Source: Escherichia phage vB_EcoS_I14 | DNA: 64,000 bases | Sequence record: PP892525.1 | Strand: one strand, 5' to 3' | Shown here: positions 18,536 through 28,858 of the stretch, piece after piece | Numbering within the stretch: position 1 is the stretch's first letter | Layout of the letters: the number at the start of each line of letters is the position of its first letter | Made by a program: the position numbers and the translations under genes | Notes under the pieces: generated by a model | Told to the model about the DNA's origin: nothing | Databases searched by the model: none | What the model saw: only the letters and a program-made list of their open reading frames with translations

Positions 18536-21381
18536 AAAAAATATTAGATAGTGCTAGAAACTACTTAAAAAATAATAGCAGAATAAAAACTGCTAGTCTA
18601 ATTTCTCTAGAGTTGCCTAGCTCTACTGGTACTAGTACTGCTTTTATTTATTTAACTGATTATTTTAGAGATGTACTATATAATGGTATTTTGTATCAGG
18701 CTGGTAAAGTTAAATCTATTAGCGCACATAAACAAAACAGAGATTTATCTATTGGCAGTCTATCTTTTACTATTACGGGTACAGCGCAGGATGAAGTACT
18801 GAAATTAGTGCAGAATGGTGTGTCCTTTTTAGATAGAACAGTATCAATCCACCAAGCAATTATTACAGAGGATGGTTCTATTTTACCTGTAGACCCAGAC
18901 ACAAACGGGCCTTTATTATACTTTAGAGGTAGAATTACTGGTGGAGGCATTAAGGACAACATTAGTACTTCCGGGGTTGGAACCTCCACAATTACTTGGA
19001 ATTGTTCTAACCAATTCTATGATTTTGATAGGGTTAATGGTAGATTTACTGATGATGCTTCTCATAGAGGGCTTGAAGTTGTAGCAGGGCAATTACTTCC
19101 ATCTAACGGGGCTAAAAGACTTGAGTACCAAGAAGACTACGGTTTCTTTCACGCCAATAAAAGTATCTCTATTCTAGCAAAGTATCAGGTACAGGAAGAA
19201 AGATACAAGCTAAAGTCTAAGAAAAAGCTATTTGGACTATCTAGAAGTTATAGTCTTAAAAAGTATTATGAGACTGTTACTAAAGAAGTAGATATAGATT
19301 TTAACCTTGCTGCTAAGTATATACCAGTAGTTTATGGTGTACAGAAAATACCGGGAATACCTATTTTTGCGGATACGGAATTACATAATCCTAATATAGT
19401 TTACGTAGTATATGCTTTTGCTGAAGGAGAGATAGACGGTTTTCTTGACTTTTCCTTTGGTGATAATCCTATGATTTGTATGGACTCTAATGATAGCTCT
19501 GCTAGAACCTGCTTCGGTGTTAAAAAAGTAGCAGGAGACACCATGCAAAGAATAGCATCAGGAATATCTTCTAGTAGTCCTTCTGTGCATGGCCAGGAAT
19601 ATAAATATAACGATGGTAATGGTGATATAAGGATTTGGACTTATCATGGAAAAGCTGATCAAACGGCTTCTGAAGTATTAGTAAATATAGCGAAGGAGCG
19701 TGGGTTCTATCTCCAAAGTATGAACGGTAATGGGCCTGAGTACTGGGATGCTAGATATAAACTATTAGATACTGCTTATGCGGTAGTACGCTTTACTATT
19801 AATGAAAATAGAACTGAGATTCCAGAAGTTAGTGCTGAGATTCAGGGTAAGAAGGTAAAAATCTATCATTCTGATGGTAGAGTAACTACTAACAGCACTA
19901 GTTTAAATGGTATCTGGCAAACACTTGATTACTTAACTTCAGATAGATACGGCGCTAACATTACTATTGATCAGTTCCCTCTTCAACAATTGATACAGGA
20001 AGCTGCTATCCTAGATATTATAGATGAATCTTACCAAGTATCCTGGCAGCCATACTGGAGATATGTTGGGTGGACTGATCCATTAGCAGAAAATAGACAA
20101 ATAGTACAAATGAATACTATTCTAGACACATCTGAATCAGTATTTAAAAACGTGCAAGGTTTGCTAGAGTCCTACGGTGGGGCTATTAACAATTTATCTG
20201 GTCAATACAGGATTACTGTAGAAAAATATTCTAATACTCCATTAGAGATTAATTTTCTGGATACTTATGGTGATTTAGAGCTATCAGATACTACTGGTAG
20301 AAATAAATTCAACTCAGTTCAAGCATCCATCGTAGACCCAGCTCTTAGCTGGAAAACTAACTCTATTACCTTTTATAACTCTAGATATAAAGAGCAAGAT
20401 AAAAATTTAGACAAAAAATTACAATTATCTTTTGCAAATATAACTAACTACTATACTGCTAGAAGTTTTGCAGACAGAGAACTTAAGAAATCTAGGTATT
20501 CTAGAACTCTCTCATTTTCTTTACCATATCAATTCATCGGTATTGAGCCTAATGATGCTATTGCATTTACATACGACCGTTACGGATGGGATAAGAAGTA
20601 CTTTTTAGTAGATGAAGTCGAAAACTCTAGGGAAGGAAAGATAAATGTTACCCTACAGGAGTATGGGGAAGATGTATTTATCAACTCTGATCAAGTAGAT
20701 AATAGTGGTAATGATATACCAGATATTAGTAACAACGTTCTTCCTCCTAGAGATTTTAAATATACCCCTACACCTGGTGGTTTAGTTGGTTCTATAGGAA
20801 AAAATGGTGAGTTATCTTGGCTTCCAAGCTTAACTAATAACGTAGTTTATTATTCTATCGTGCATTCTGGCCATGCTGAACCTTATATTGTGCAGCAACT
20901 AGAAACAAATCCCAATGAACGCATGATCCAAGAGATAATTGGAGAGCCTGCAGGCTTAGCGATATTTGAAATAAGGGCTGTGGATATAAATGGTAGAAGA
21001 AGTTCTCCAGTAACATTATCTATAGAACTTAACTCTGCTAAAAACCTAAGTGTAGTATCTAATTTTAGGGTAACTAATACGGCTTCTGGGGATGTAACTG
21101 AATTTGTAGGCCCAGATGTAAAACTAGCTTGGGATAGGATACCAGAAGAAGATATAATAGAAAGTATATTCTATACTCTGGAGATCTATGATTCTCAGAA
21201 TAGAATGCTAAGAAGTGTACGTATTGAAAATCAGTATACTTATGACTATTTATTAATATATAATAAGGCAGATTTTGCTCTCCATAACAGCGGTGCTCTA
21301 GGGATCAATAGAAAACTATATTTTCGTATTAGAGCAGAAGGAGATGATGGAGAACAGTCTGTGGAGTGGGCATCCATTTAA
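18532..21381 (+). CDS. baseplate hub protein (pb3-like, Tal-type)
   Basis: 949 aa ORF following Dit; size and position match T5 pb3. Confidence 0.8.
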   Translation: MKKILDSARNYLKNNSRIKTASLISLELPSSTGTSTAFIYLTDYFRDVLYNGILYQAGKVKSISAHKQNRDLSIGSLSFTITGTAQDEVLKLVQNGVSFLDRTVSIHQAIITEDGSILPVDPDTNGPLLYFRGRITGGGIKDNISTSGVGTSTITWNCSNQFYDFDRVNGRFTDDASHRGLEVVAGQLLPSNGAKRLEYQEDYGFFHANKSISILAKYQVQEERYKLKSKKKLFGLSRSYSLKKYYETVTKEVDIDFNLAAKYIPVVYGVQKIPGIPIFADTELHNPNIVYVVYAFAEGEIDGFLDFSFGDNPMICMDSNDSSARTCFGVKKVAGDTMQRIASGISSSSPSVHGQEYKYNDGNGDIRIWTYHGKADQTASEVLVNIAKERGFYLQSMNGNGPEYWDARYKLLDTAYAVVRFTINENRTEIPEVSAEIQGKKVKIYHSDGRVTTNSTSLNGIWQTLDYLTSDRYGANITIDQFPLQQLIQEAAILDIIDESYQVSWQPYWRYVGWTDPLAENRQIVQMNTILDTSESVFKNVQGLLESYGGAINNLSGQYRITVEKYSNTPLEINFLDTYGDLELSDTTGRNKFNSVQASIVDPALSWKTNSITFYNSRYKEQDKNLDKKLQLSFANITNYYTARSFADRELKKSRYSRTLSFSLPYQFIGIEPNDAIAFTYDRYGWDKKYFLVDEVENSREGKINVTLQEYGEDVFINSDQVDNSGNDIPDISNNVLPPRDFKYTPTPGGLVGSIGKNGELSWLPSLTNNVVYYSIVHSGHAEPYIVQQLETNPNERMIQEIIGEPAGLAIFEIRAVDINGRRSSPVTLSIELNSAKNLSVVSNFRVTNTASGDVTEFVGPDVKLAWDRIPEEDIIESIFYTLEIYDSQNRMLRSVRIENQYTYDYLLIYNKADFALHNSGALGINRKLYFRIRAEGDDGEQSVEWASI

Positions 21382-23438
21382 TGATTTCGAATAATGCACC
21401 AGCCAAAATGGTCTTAAATAGTATAATGACTGGATATACAATGGCGTATGTCCAGCACTCTATATATACTGACTATGATGTTATTGGTAGATCTTTTTGG
21501 TTAAAGATAGGAGAAAGTATAGATAGACGTGATTATACTGGTATAGATACTTTCTTCGTAATGATTAATAACCTGACCCCTTCAACCTCCTACGATATTC
21601 AAGGGGCTTTCTATGACTCTATCATTGATTCTGAACTGTTAGAGGCTAAGATTGGTATCAATCTCTCTAATGAGACTAACTTTAGGACAAAAGAGAAGCC
21701 AACAATTGTTGCAGCAAGATCTGAATCAGAACCTGTGGATGTTGGGGTAGGTGCACCGATAGTTATCGTAGAGACAACTGGTGAAGCAAGTTACTGTACT
21801 ATTGAGTTAAAAAGTACAGCTACTGAAGACAGTCCTTGGACTAAGTATTACATTGGGGCTTTAGGTTCTACTATTAAATTTGGTGGAGTTCCTATCGGAG
21901 ATTATAAGATCAGAATATCTGGTCAAGTAACTATGCCTGATGGTGTTACAGTTGATTCTTCTGGGTACTATGAATTCCCTAATATTTTAACTGTAGCGTA
22001 TAATTTTGTTCCTCCCACCGCACCTATCGATATTGTTTTTAAAGCTGCACGAATTGCTGATGGTAAAGAACGATATGACGTTAGAATTGAGTGGGATTGG
22101 GAACGCGGAGCTGGTGCTAATGTTCGTGAGTTCTTAGTTACTTATATAAACTCTGAAGAATACGCTAAGACTGGATGGGCTAAAGCTCAAAAGATAAATG
22201 TTGGTGCTGCCAGAGCTGCAACAATTATATCATTCCCATGGAAAGTTGAGCATACTTTTAAGGTCTCATCAATTGCCTGGGGACCAAATAAACAGGATAT
22301 AACAGACTCTACAGTACAAACTTTTATACTAAATGAAGATACTCCTCTAGATAATAGTTTTGTCAATGAGACGGGTATTGATGTTAACTATGCCTTTATT
22401 AAGGGCAGCATGAAAGATGGAGAAATCTGGAGACAGACATTCTTAATAGATGCAGCTACTGGTGCTATTAACATTGGTCTGCTAGATGAAGAAGGAAAAG
22501 CACCTATTTCTTTTGACCCTATAAACCGCGTTGTTAACGTTGATGGTAAAGTAATTACTAGAGATATTAATGCTGCGAACTTTATCATGACTAACTTATC
22601 TGGTAAGGATAATCCAGCAATTTACACTCAAGGTAAATCTTGGGGAGATAATAACTCAGGTATTTGGATGGGTATGGATAATGCCTCTGCCAAAGCTAAG
22701 TTAGACATTGGTAATGCCACACAGTGGATTCGTTATGATGGTGATACTCTTCGTATATCTAGTGGAGTTGTTATTGGAACTCCTAATGGTGACGTAGATA
22801 TTGGTACTGGGATGCAGGGTAAACAAACAGTATTTGTTTATAAGTTAGCAACATCTCTACCCGCTAAACCACTAGAACAAGATTATCCGCCTCCTGGGTG
22901 GTCAAAAACTCCACCTAATCGTACAGATATGACACAAAATATCTATGCGACTACTGGTACGCTTGATCCAGTTACTAACAAACTTCTTGAAGGTACTAGC
23001 TGGTCTGATGTAGTTCAGTGGAGTGGTACTGAAGGTACTATTGGTGCAGATGGTCAAAGAGGTCCTGGCATGTATTCCTTAGGTATTCCAGGTCTTGGTG
23101 GCTGGGATGATGGACAAGCTAATGCCTTCTTTCAGAATAACTTTGGTAGTCCACCAGTTAGATATGATGTATTGACTGAGTTTAATAGTAATGCTCCGCA
23201 ATCCGCATTTACTCGTCAATGGAATGGTTCCGGTTGGATTAACCCTGCAATGGTTCTTCATGGCAACATGATTGTTAATGGAACTGTGACTGCTGATAAG
23301 ATTGTGGCAGGAAATGCCTTCTTATCACAAATCGGTGTTAATATAATCTATGATAGAAATGCTGCGTTATCAGGGAACCCTGAGGCATACTACAAGATGA
23401 AGATAGACCTAAATAGTGGGTATATCCATATAAGGTAA
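21366..23438 (+). CDS. central straight-fibre protein (pb4-like)
   Basis: Track ORF starts at GTG 21366; an ATG at 21381 overlapping the pb3 stop (TAATG) is an equally plausible start. Beta-rich, FN3-like repeats; about 685-690 aa. Confidence 0.7.
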   Translation: MGIHLMISNNAPAKMVLNSIMTGYTMAYVQHSIYTDYDVIGRSFWLKIGESIDRRDYTGIDTFFVMINNLTPSTSYDIQGAFYDSIIDSELLEAKIGINLSNETNFRTKEKPTIVAARSESEPVDVGVGAPIVIVETTGEASYCTIELKSTATEDSPWTKYYIGALGSTIKFGGVPIGDYKIRISGQVTMPDGVTVDSSGYYEFPNILTVAYNFVPPTAPIDIVFKAARIADGKERYDVRIEWDWERGAGANVREFLVTYINSEEYAKTGWAKAQKINVGAARAATIISFPWKVEHTFKVSSIAWGPNKQDITDSTVQTFILNEDTPLDNSFVNETGIDVNYAFIKGSMKDGEIWRQTFLIDAATGAINIGLLDEEGKAPISFDPINRVVNVDGKVITRDINAANFIMTNLSGKDNPAIYTQGKSWGDNNSGIWMGMDNASAKAKLDIGNATQWIRYDGDTLRISSGVVIGTPNGDVDIGTGMQGKQTVFVYKLATSLPAKPLEQDYPPPGWSKTPPNRTDMTQNIYATTGTLDPVTNKLLEGTSWSDVVQWSGTEGTIGADGQRGPGMYSLGIPGLGGWDDGQANAFFQNNFGSPPVRYDVLTEFNSNAPQSAFTRQWNGSGWINPAMVLHGNMIVNGTVTADKIVAGNAFLSQIGVNIIYDRNAALSGNPEAYYKMKIDLNSGYIHIR

Positions 23439-23444
23439 TAAATA

Positions 23445-23867
23445 ATGAGTACTGAAAATAGAGTTATAGACTTAGTGATAGATGAGAAAGTACCTTATGG
23501 TCTAATGATGCAATTCTTAGATGTTGATGATAGTACTTATCCACCTACAAATACCCCTGTTAACTTAACAGGGTATTCTCTAAGGGGTACTATAAAGACC
23601 GGGCTTGATGAGAACGCGGAAACTTTGGCATCTTTTACTACTAAAATTATTGATGCTGCTCAAGGTGCTATAGCTATAAGTTTACCCGTAGAGGCGGTAG
23701 ATAATATTGGTGAAAAAGCCACCAAAGAGAGAGATAAGTATAACCCTCGCCAACGTTTTGCAGGATACTATGATATAATTATGACACGAGATGTCATAGG
23801 ATCAGCTATTAGCTCTTTTCGTATAATGGAGGGTAAAGTATTTATCAGTGATGGGGTAACTAGATAA
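23445..23867 (+). CDS. collar protein (p132-like, Ig-like fold)
   Basis: 140 aa ORF immediately upstream of lateral fibre gene; length equals T5 p132 (recalled). Confidence 0.6.
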   Translation: MSTENRVIDLVIDEKVPYGLMMQFLDVDDSTYPPTNTPVNLTGYSLRGTIKTGLDENAETLASFTTKIIDAAQGAIAISLPVEAVDNIGEKATKERDKYNPRQRFAGYYDIIMTRDVIGSAISSFRIMEGKVFISDGVTR

Positions 23868-26342
23868 TGGCAATAACTACTAAGATTATTGTACAACAAA
23901 TATTAAATATTGATGATACTAAAGCTACTGCTAGTAAATTTCCTAGATACACAGTAACTCTTGGAAACTCTATTAGCTCTATTACTGCTAATGAGTTAGT
24001 ATCCTCTATAGAGGCCGCTGCTAAGTCTGCTGCGGCTGCAAAAGATTCTGAAATAGCTGCTAAAACCTCAGAACTTAATGCTAAGAACTCTGAACAGGAA
24101 GCTGCTATTTCTGCTGGAGCTTCTGAAGCTTCTGCTACTCAGTCTGCTACCTCTGCTACTCAGTCCGCAGCGTCAGCCAATAAGTCTGCAGAATCCGCTG
24201 CCTCAGCTAAAATATCCGAGACTAATGCGAAGACTAGTGAAACTAATGCGAAGACTAGTGAAACTAACTCGAAGACTAGTGAAACTAATGCTGACGCATC
24301 CGCTGCTGCTGCAAAAATTAGTGAGACTAATGCAAAGGCAAGTGAGACTAATGCAGCTCAATCAGCAGCTGATGCAAAACTTAGCGAGGGTAACTCAAAG
24401 GTCAGTGAGACTAATGCAGCTCAATCAGCAGCTGATTCTAGCGGTTTTAGGAATGAGGCGGAAATATTTTCTGGGCAAGCTGCTGCATCGGCATCTGCGG
24501 CAAAAATCTCCGAAACCAATGCAAAAAACTCGGAAACAAATGCTAAGGCTAGTGAAACTACTGCTGCAGGATCTGCAACTTCCGCCAGTCAATCTGTAAC
24601 TACTATTCAAGGACTTAAATCAGATGTTGAGCAGTTAAAATCTGATACCCAGGCTATTAAAAATAGTGCTGTAACAGAGACAACAGCTTTAAAAGCAGAT
24701 GTTGAGCAGTTAAAATCTGATACCAGATGTTGAGCAGTTAAAATCTGATACCCAGGCTATTAAAAATAGTGCTGTAACAGAGACAACAGCTTTAAAAGCA
24801 GATGTTGAGCAGTTAAAATCTGATACACAAGGTATTAAGGATAGCGCGGTATCTGAGACAACAACTTTAAAAAACCAAGCTGCTGCTTCTGCTACACAAG
24901 CGGGTAACAGTGCTGTTGAGGCCGGGCAACAAGCTAGCAATGCTGCTGGTAGTGCAAATAGCTCTAAAGCAGAAGCAGACCGTGCAAAAGCAGAAGCAGA
25001 CCGTGCGGAAGTTGCAGCTAACAGGGCTCCCGATCTTCAACCATTCCCTGACGTATGGATTCCATTTAATGACTCACTTGATATGCTTGCAGGTTATTCA
25101 CCTGGCTATAAGAAAATAACAGTTGGTGAAGATGTTATTACAATGCCTTCTGATAAGGTTGTTAATTTCTCGCGTGCGTCAAATGCAACATACATAAATA
25201 AGCATGGTGAATTTTGCATTGCTAATATCGATGAGCCTAGATTTGAAAAGCAAGGACTCTTAATTGAAGGCCAGCGGACAAACTATATCACTTATAGTAA
25301 TGACCCCGCTTCATTAAATACGGATAAATACCGTAGTGATGTTACTTATAATATTGATAAGTATGGTTTTGCATATGCAACGGCGACAGCAAACGAAAAA
25401 GCACAAAGTGAGTATCCTTCATTATTTTATTGTGAAACAGTAAATGCAATCAACTGTCAGCAAAATGAATACGTTTCTTTATCTATACGAGTAAAGGCAA
25501 ACTTGGGTATCTATATCACACCGCAATTTTATTTAGTAGGTGAGGACGGAGGTCTTATTCTCGGCGCTAGATCTTTCATAAGTTGCAAAACTGGTGAAGT
25601 TTCTTCTGTAGTAGAAGGGAGAGGTACTATAACACATAGAATATATAGAGAAGACAACGGATGGTTGAAAGTTGAAGCTACATGTAAATTTGTAGAACGT
25701 GGTGGTAACTCTATTGGATCTGTAAATTATTGTAGGGAGAATGATCAACCTGTACAGGTTGGGGATACAATATCATTTTGTACCCCACAATTTGAAAAAG
25801 GGTTTTGTGCATCCTCCTTCATTATTACGGGGAGTACACCTGCAACAAGGGCTGTAGATTATATTACTATACCTGCAAGAAATAATTTCTCAGGAACTAA
25901 TATTTCATTACTTGCTGAGGTAAGTATTAACTGGGATAGCTTTCAACTAAATAATACATACCCGATGATAATTGATAATAAGCCATACTACGTAGAAGGA
26001 AAAGCATTTGTTGCGGAATTTGATAGTACCTCCACTACACCTTACGCGTATGTGGTAAATGAGGATGGATCAACTATTTTGTCTAGGGGTTATTCATTTG
26101 AAAAACAATTTTCTCCCCATGTATTTGGTTTTATTTTTAGTGGTAATGGAGATGTCACCTCGTTTGTTAATGGGAATAAGGGTGGTACCTCACACGGTTC
26201 TACCTGGAAAGGAACGGACTCGGACTCGTCAGTAGAAATAGGCGGTAGACCTTCAGATTCAACTAAATTGTACGGTCATATTCGTAACCTTAGAATATGG
26301 AATAGAGTATTAACAGATAGTCAAATGCGGGAGAAAGTTTAA
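23867..26342 (+). pseudogene. lateral (L-shaped) tail fibre shaft gene interrupted by a frameshifting 28-bp tandem duplication
   Basis: ORF 23867..24733 (Ser/Ala/Thr/Asn-rich SETNAKTSETNAK repeats) stops at DTRC*; the original frame continues (frame of ORF 25083..26342) once a 28-nt duplicated segment near 24697..24724 is removed, giving an 815-codon gene. Confidence 0.7.
24622..24875 (+). repeat. tandem 75-nt coding repeats (25-aa DVEQLKSDTQAIKNSAVTETTALKA units) with an extra 28-nt partial copy
   Basis: gatgttgagcagttaaaatctgatac occurs four times; copies 1 and 3 are full 75-nt units, copy 2 is truncated after 26 nt + ca, copy 4 diverges. Confidence 0.8.
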
Positions 26343-26609
26343 GTGAAAGATATTAATTTGCAATTCAAGGATGAAAAACATTATCGGGATGTTGTCGTTG
26401 ATAGTGGGTGGCTTAAGACAAACTACGGTAACGTGTTTATAGATGAAATTGGTTTTATCCCTGTGGTAGACGACCCTAAAAGTAAAACCCCAGCTATTAT
26501 TGGTAAAGAAGGTTATTACATAAATATAAGGATAGTAGGAGATAATATAGACTTGTCAGACATCGAACAATTCATTATTGAGAATCCCGGTGTACGCAAA
26601 TGGGCATAA
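26343..26609 (+). CDS. hypothetical 88-aa protein (GTG start) or in-frame extension of fibre gene beyond TAA
   Basis: Begins with GTG immediately after the TAA of 23867..26342 in the same frame; GGGAGA about 8 nt upstream. Confidence 0.3.
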   Translation: MKDINLQFKDEKHYRDVVVDSGWLKTNYGNVFIDEIGFIPVVDDPKSKTPAIIGKEGYYINIRIVGDNIDLSDIEQFIIENPGVRKWA

Positions 26610-26619
26610 GAGGTGATTA

Positions 26620-28356
26620 ATGACTACTTATACTAATATCCCCCAGGATATTACAAAACTTAAAGACGAAAAGATGGATAAAAACAACAATTTATCCGAT
26701 CTTGCAGACCGTGCAGCAGCATGGTTAAATGTGCGTCCTATTGGGTCCACCCCTCTTGCGGGAGATCCTGTTGGGGACTATGATGCCGCAACTAAACGTT
26801 GGGTAGAGAATAAGATTAACACTGGTACAGTCGGTCCCACTATGAATGGTGTTATGAATTACGGTGTTGGTGATTTCCACCTTCGCGATAGCCGTGCGTA
26901 TATTCAACCTTATGAAGTAGTTTCTGATGGGCAGCTTCTTAACAGGGCTGACTGGCCGGAGCTTTGGGCATACGCTCAAATGGTTGGTGTTATAGAGGAT
27001 TCCGTATGGTTAGCGGATAAATTTCAGCGTGGTAAGTACTCATCTGGGGATGGGATAACAACCTTTCGTGTTCCAGATAAGAATGGGGTGCAGGAGGGAT
27101 CAATACGTGCTCTTTATGGCCGTGGAGATGGTGGGAATAGTGGTGCAAATGGGCAACTGTTCGAATCCGCTGCGCCTAATATCTATGGGCGTATTGCTAG
27201 TTATTCTGGCTCGTCGTATGCTCAGGTATTCAGCGATATCAATCAAGGTGCATTTAGAACAAGTAATGATCTATTCCCTGCTGCGGCAGGTGATGCAATC
27301 CCGATGACGGGTGCAATTTCAATATCTGGGCGCTACAACACCCTTGAGATTGATGCGTCACGCTCAAGCCTGATCTATGGGGCATCAACTGACGAAATCC
27401 TTACACGAAACTTTGTCGGCGTCTGGGTGATTCGTGCATCTGGTGGATTTGTTGCTGCGAATACCTCTTGGAGTGTTATTAATGCTGATAAAGCAACCCC
27501 AGATTCAGGTGTTGTTGTTTCTGGTGGTAGTGTTAAATCTGAATATAAATCGCCCAGTGCAAATGTAACAGCGGAACTAAAATCAAGTAAAGTAATTAAT
27601 GGTGCATGGGGTGTTAGCTTAACTATAACAGATGATAGAGGGATCCCTGTAAGCATTAAGTATGACAGTAATGGTCAGTTTTCAACATCCCATAGGCCGT
27701 CTGGAGTTGGTACAGGGAGCTCTTATAGTCACTGCGCTTATCGCGCGCCAGACTGGTGGAACAACACAGCATATTCTACCTTCGTTCCAATTCTTGGGGG
27801 TGGTAGTGGTAATTCACTAAAGAACTATAGATCTTTTGCTTGTTTTGGACAAATATCTTATCCTGATTCTAGTAATAATTATCCTAGAGCTGCAATTGCT
27901 CAAGTTAGGGATTGGGCACTACCAGATGGTGAACAAGGTAACGGCAAGAGTATTACCGTGTTTACGTTTATTGATAATTCATTTGATATTCAATACGGAT
28001 ACAACGATGGTTCATTAAATTATATCTTTTCAAAATCTCCAATTTGTGATGAAAGATTAAAGAAAAATATTGAATCCATTGATACTAATATTGCAATAAG
28101 CAATATTAAGCAGATGTCATATAAATCATACATCTATAAAAATGACGAGAATGAACAGGTGCGCCGTGGTTTTATAGCTCAGGATTTACAGAAAATAGAT
28201 CCCCAATATGTACGGGAATACGGAGATCCTGGAAGAGAGAAAACGTTAGCCATTGATGAAAACGTTATGTTGCTTGATTCAGTTGCTGCGGTTAAGTGGC
28301 TTATTAATAAAGTTGAGGAGTTGCAAGAAGAAATAAATGTATTGAAAGCTAAGTAA
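26620..28356 (+). CDS. lateral tail fibre receptor-binding protein with C-terminal intramolecular chaperone (peptidase S74-type) domain
   Basis: 578 aa; strong RBS (AAGAGGTGA); C-terminal about 100 aa with DERLKKNIESID...VAAVKWLINKVEELQEEINVLKAK pattern typical of autoproteolytic fibre chaperone domains. Confidence 0.75.
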   Translation: MTTYTNIPQDITKLKDEKMDKNNNLSDLADRAAAWLNVRPIGSTPLAGDPVGDYDAATKRWVENKINTGTVGPTMNGVMNYGVGDFHLRDSRAYIQPYEVVSDGQLLNRADWPELWAYAQMVGVIEDSVWLADKFQRGKYSSGDGITTFRVPDKNGVQEGSIRALYGRGDGGNSGANGQLFESAAPNIYGRIASYSGSSYAQVFSDINQGAFRTSNDLFPAAAGDAIPMTGAISISGRYNTLEIDASRSSLIYGASTDEILTRNFVGVWVIRASGGFVAANTSWSVINADKATPDSGVVVSGGSVKSEYKSPSANVTAELKSSKVINGAWGVSLTITDDRGIPVSIKYDSNGQFSTSHRPSGVGTGSSYSHCAYRAPDWWNNTAYSTFVPILGGGSGNSLKNYRSFACFGQISYPDSSNNYPRAAIAQVRDWALPDGEQGNGKSITVFTFIDNSFDIQYGYNDGSLNYIFSKSPICDERLKKNIESIDTNIAISNIKQMSYKSYIYKNDENEQVRRGFIAQDLQKIDPQYVREYGDPGREKTLAIDENVMLLDSVAAVKWLINKVEELQEEINVLKAK

Positions 28357-28395
28357 AAGAAAACCCCAGTGGACTTTGTCCACTGGGGTTTATTA
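28355..28395. terminator. bidirectional rho-independent terminator at late/early module boundary
   Basis: aaaagaaaa-ccccagtggac-ttt-gtccactgggg-tttatta: 11-bp perfect stem flanked by A-run and T-run between convergent fibre and dUTPase genes. Confidence 0.75.
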
Positions 28396-28411
28396 TTAGT
28401 TAATTGGGTGG

Positions 28412-28858
28412 TTATTTACTTCCTGAACTTCCAAATCCGCATACCCCACGATTAGTCTCTCCTAGTTCGTCAACGATTTCAAAATTATGAGTTGAGTAGT
28501 ATGGTACTACTACTAGCTGGCAAAGTCTTTCAAAATTCTCCAGAGTTTGAATTTCAGAACCGTAGTTGAACAGGTTCATCTTAATAGTTCCACGGTAGTC
28601 TGAGTCAATCACTCCTGCGGTATTTGCAATCATCAGATGACGCTTACCTAAAGAGCTGCGAGGAACTACCAAACCGAACCAACCTCGCGGAATTTCCACC
28701 GCGACACCGGTGTCAATCATTAAGGATTTGCCTGGTGCAATAGCACGTAAATCTGCAGCAGGGTTAGTACCAAAGAATGCTCGTAGATCCATACCTGCGG
28801 CATCTTCGGAACCAATCTTAGGCATACAATCTGGATGGGTTAACTTAATTTTAATCAT
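28412..28858 (-). CDS. dut: dUTP pyrophosphatase (dUTPase)
   Basis: 148 aa; classic dUTPase motifs (AGMDLRA, GVIDSDYRG, GFGSSG). Confidence 0.9.
   Translation of the reverse strand: MIKIKLTHPDCMPKIGSEDAAGMDLRAFFGTNPAADLRAIAPGKSLMIDTGVAVEIPRGWFGLVVPRSSLGKRHLMIANTAGVIDSDYRGTIKMNLFNYGSEIQTLENFERLCQLVVVPYYSTHNFEIVDELGETNRGVCGFGSSGSK

Noticed and set aside
24078-24599. 173-aa + strand ORF overlapping the fibre gene in another frame
   Set aside because: Leu/Arg-rich frame-shadow of the Ala/Ser/Thr repeat region; no start context; the fibre frame is the one with coherent repeat structure.
24697-24724. 28-nt duplication as a programmed translational frameshift site
   Set aside because: No slippery heptamer or downstream stimulatory structure at the junction; the repeat context points to replication slippage mutation or assembly error.
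24710-25119. Short ORFs 24710..24940 (-) and 24910..25119 (+) inside the fibre gene
   Set aside because: They lie within the continuous fibre reading frame once the 28-nt duplication is accounted for; composition is repeat-derived.
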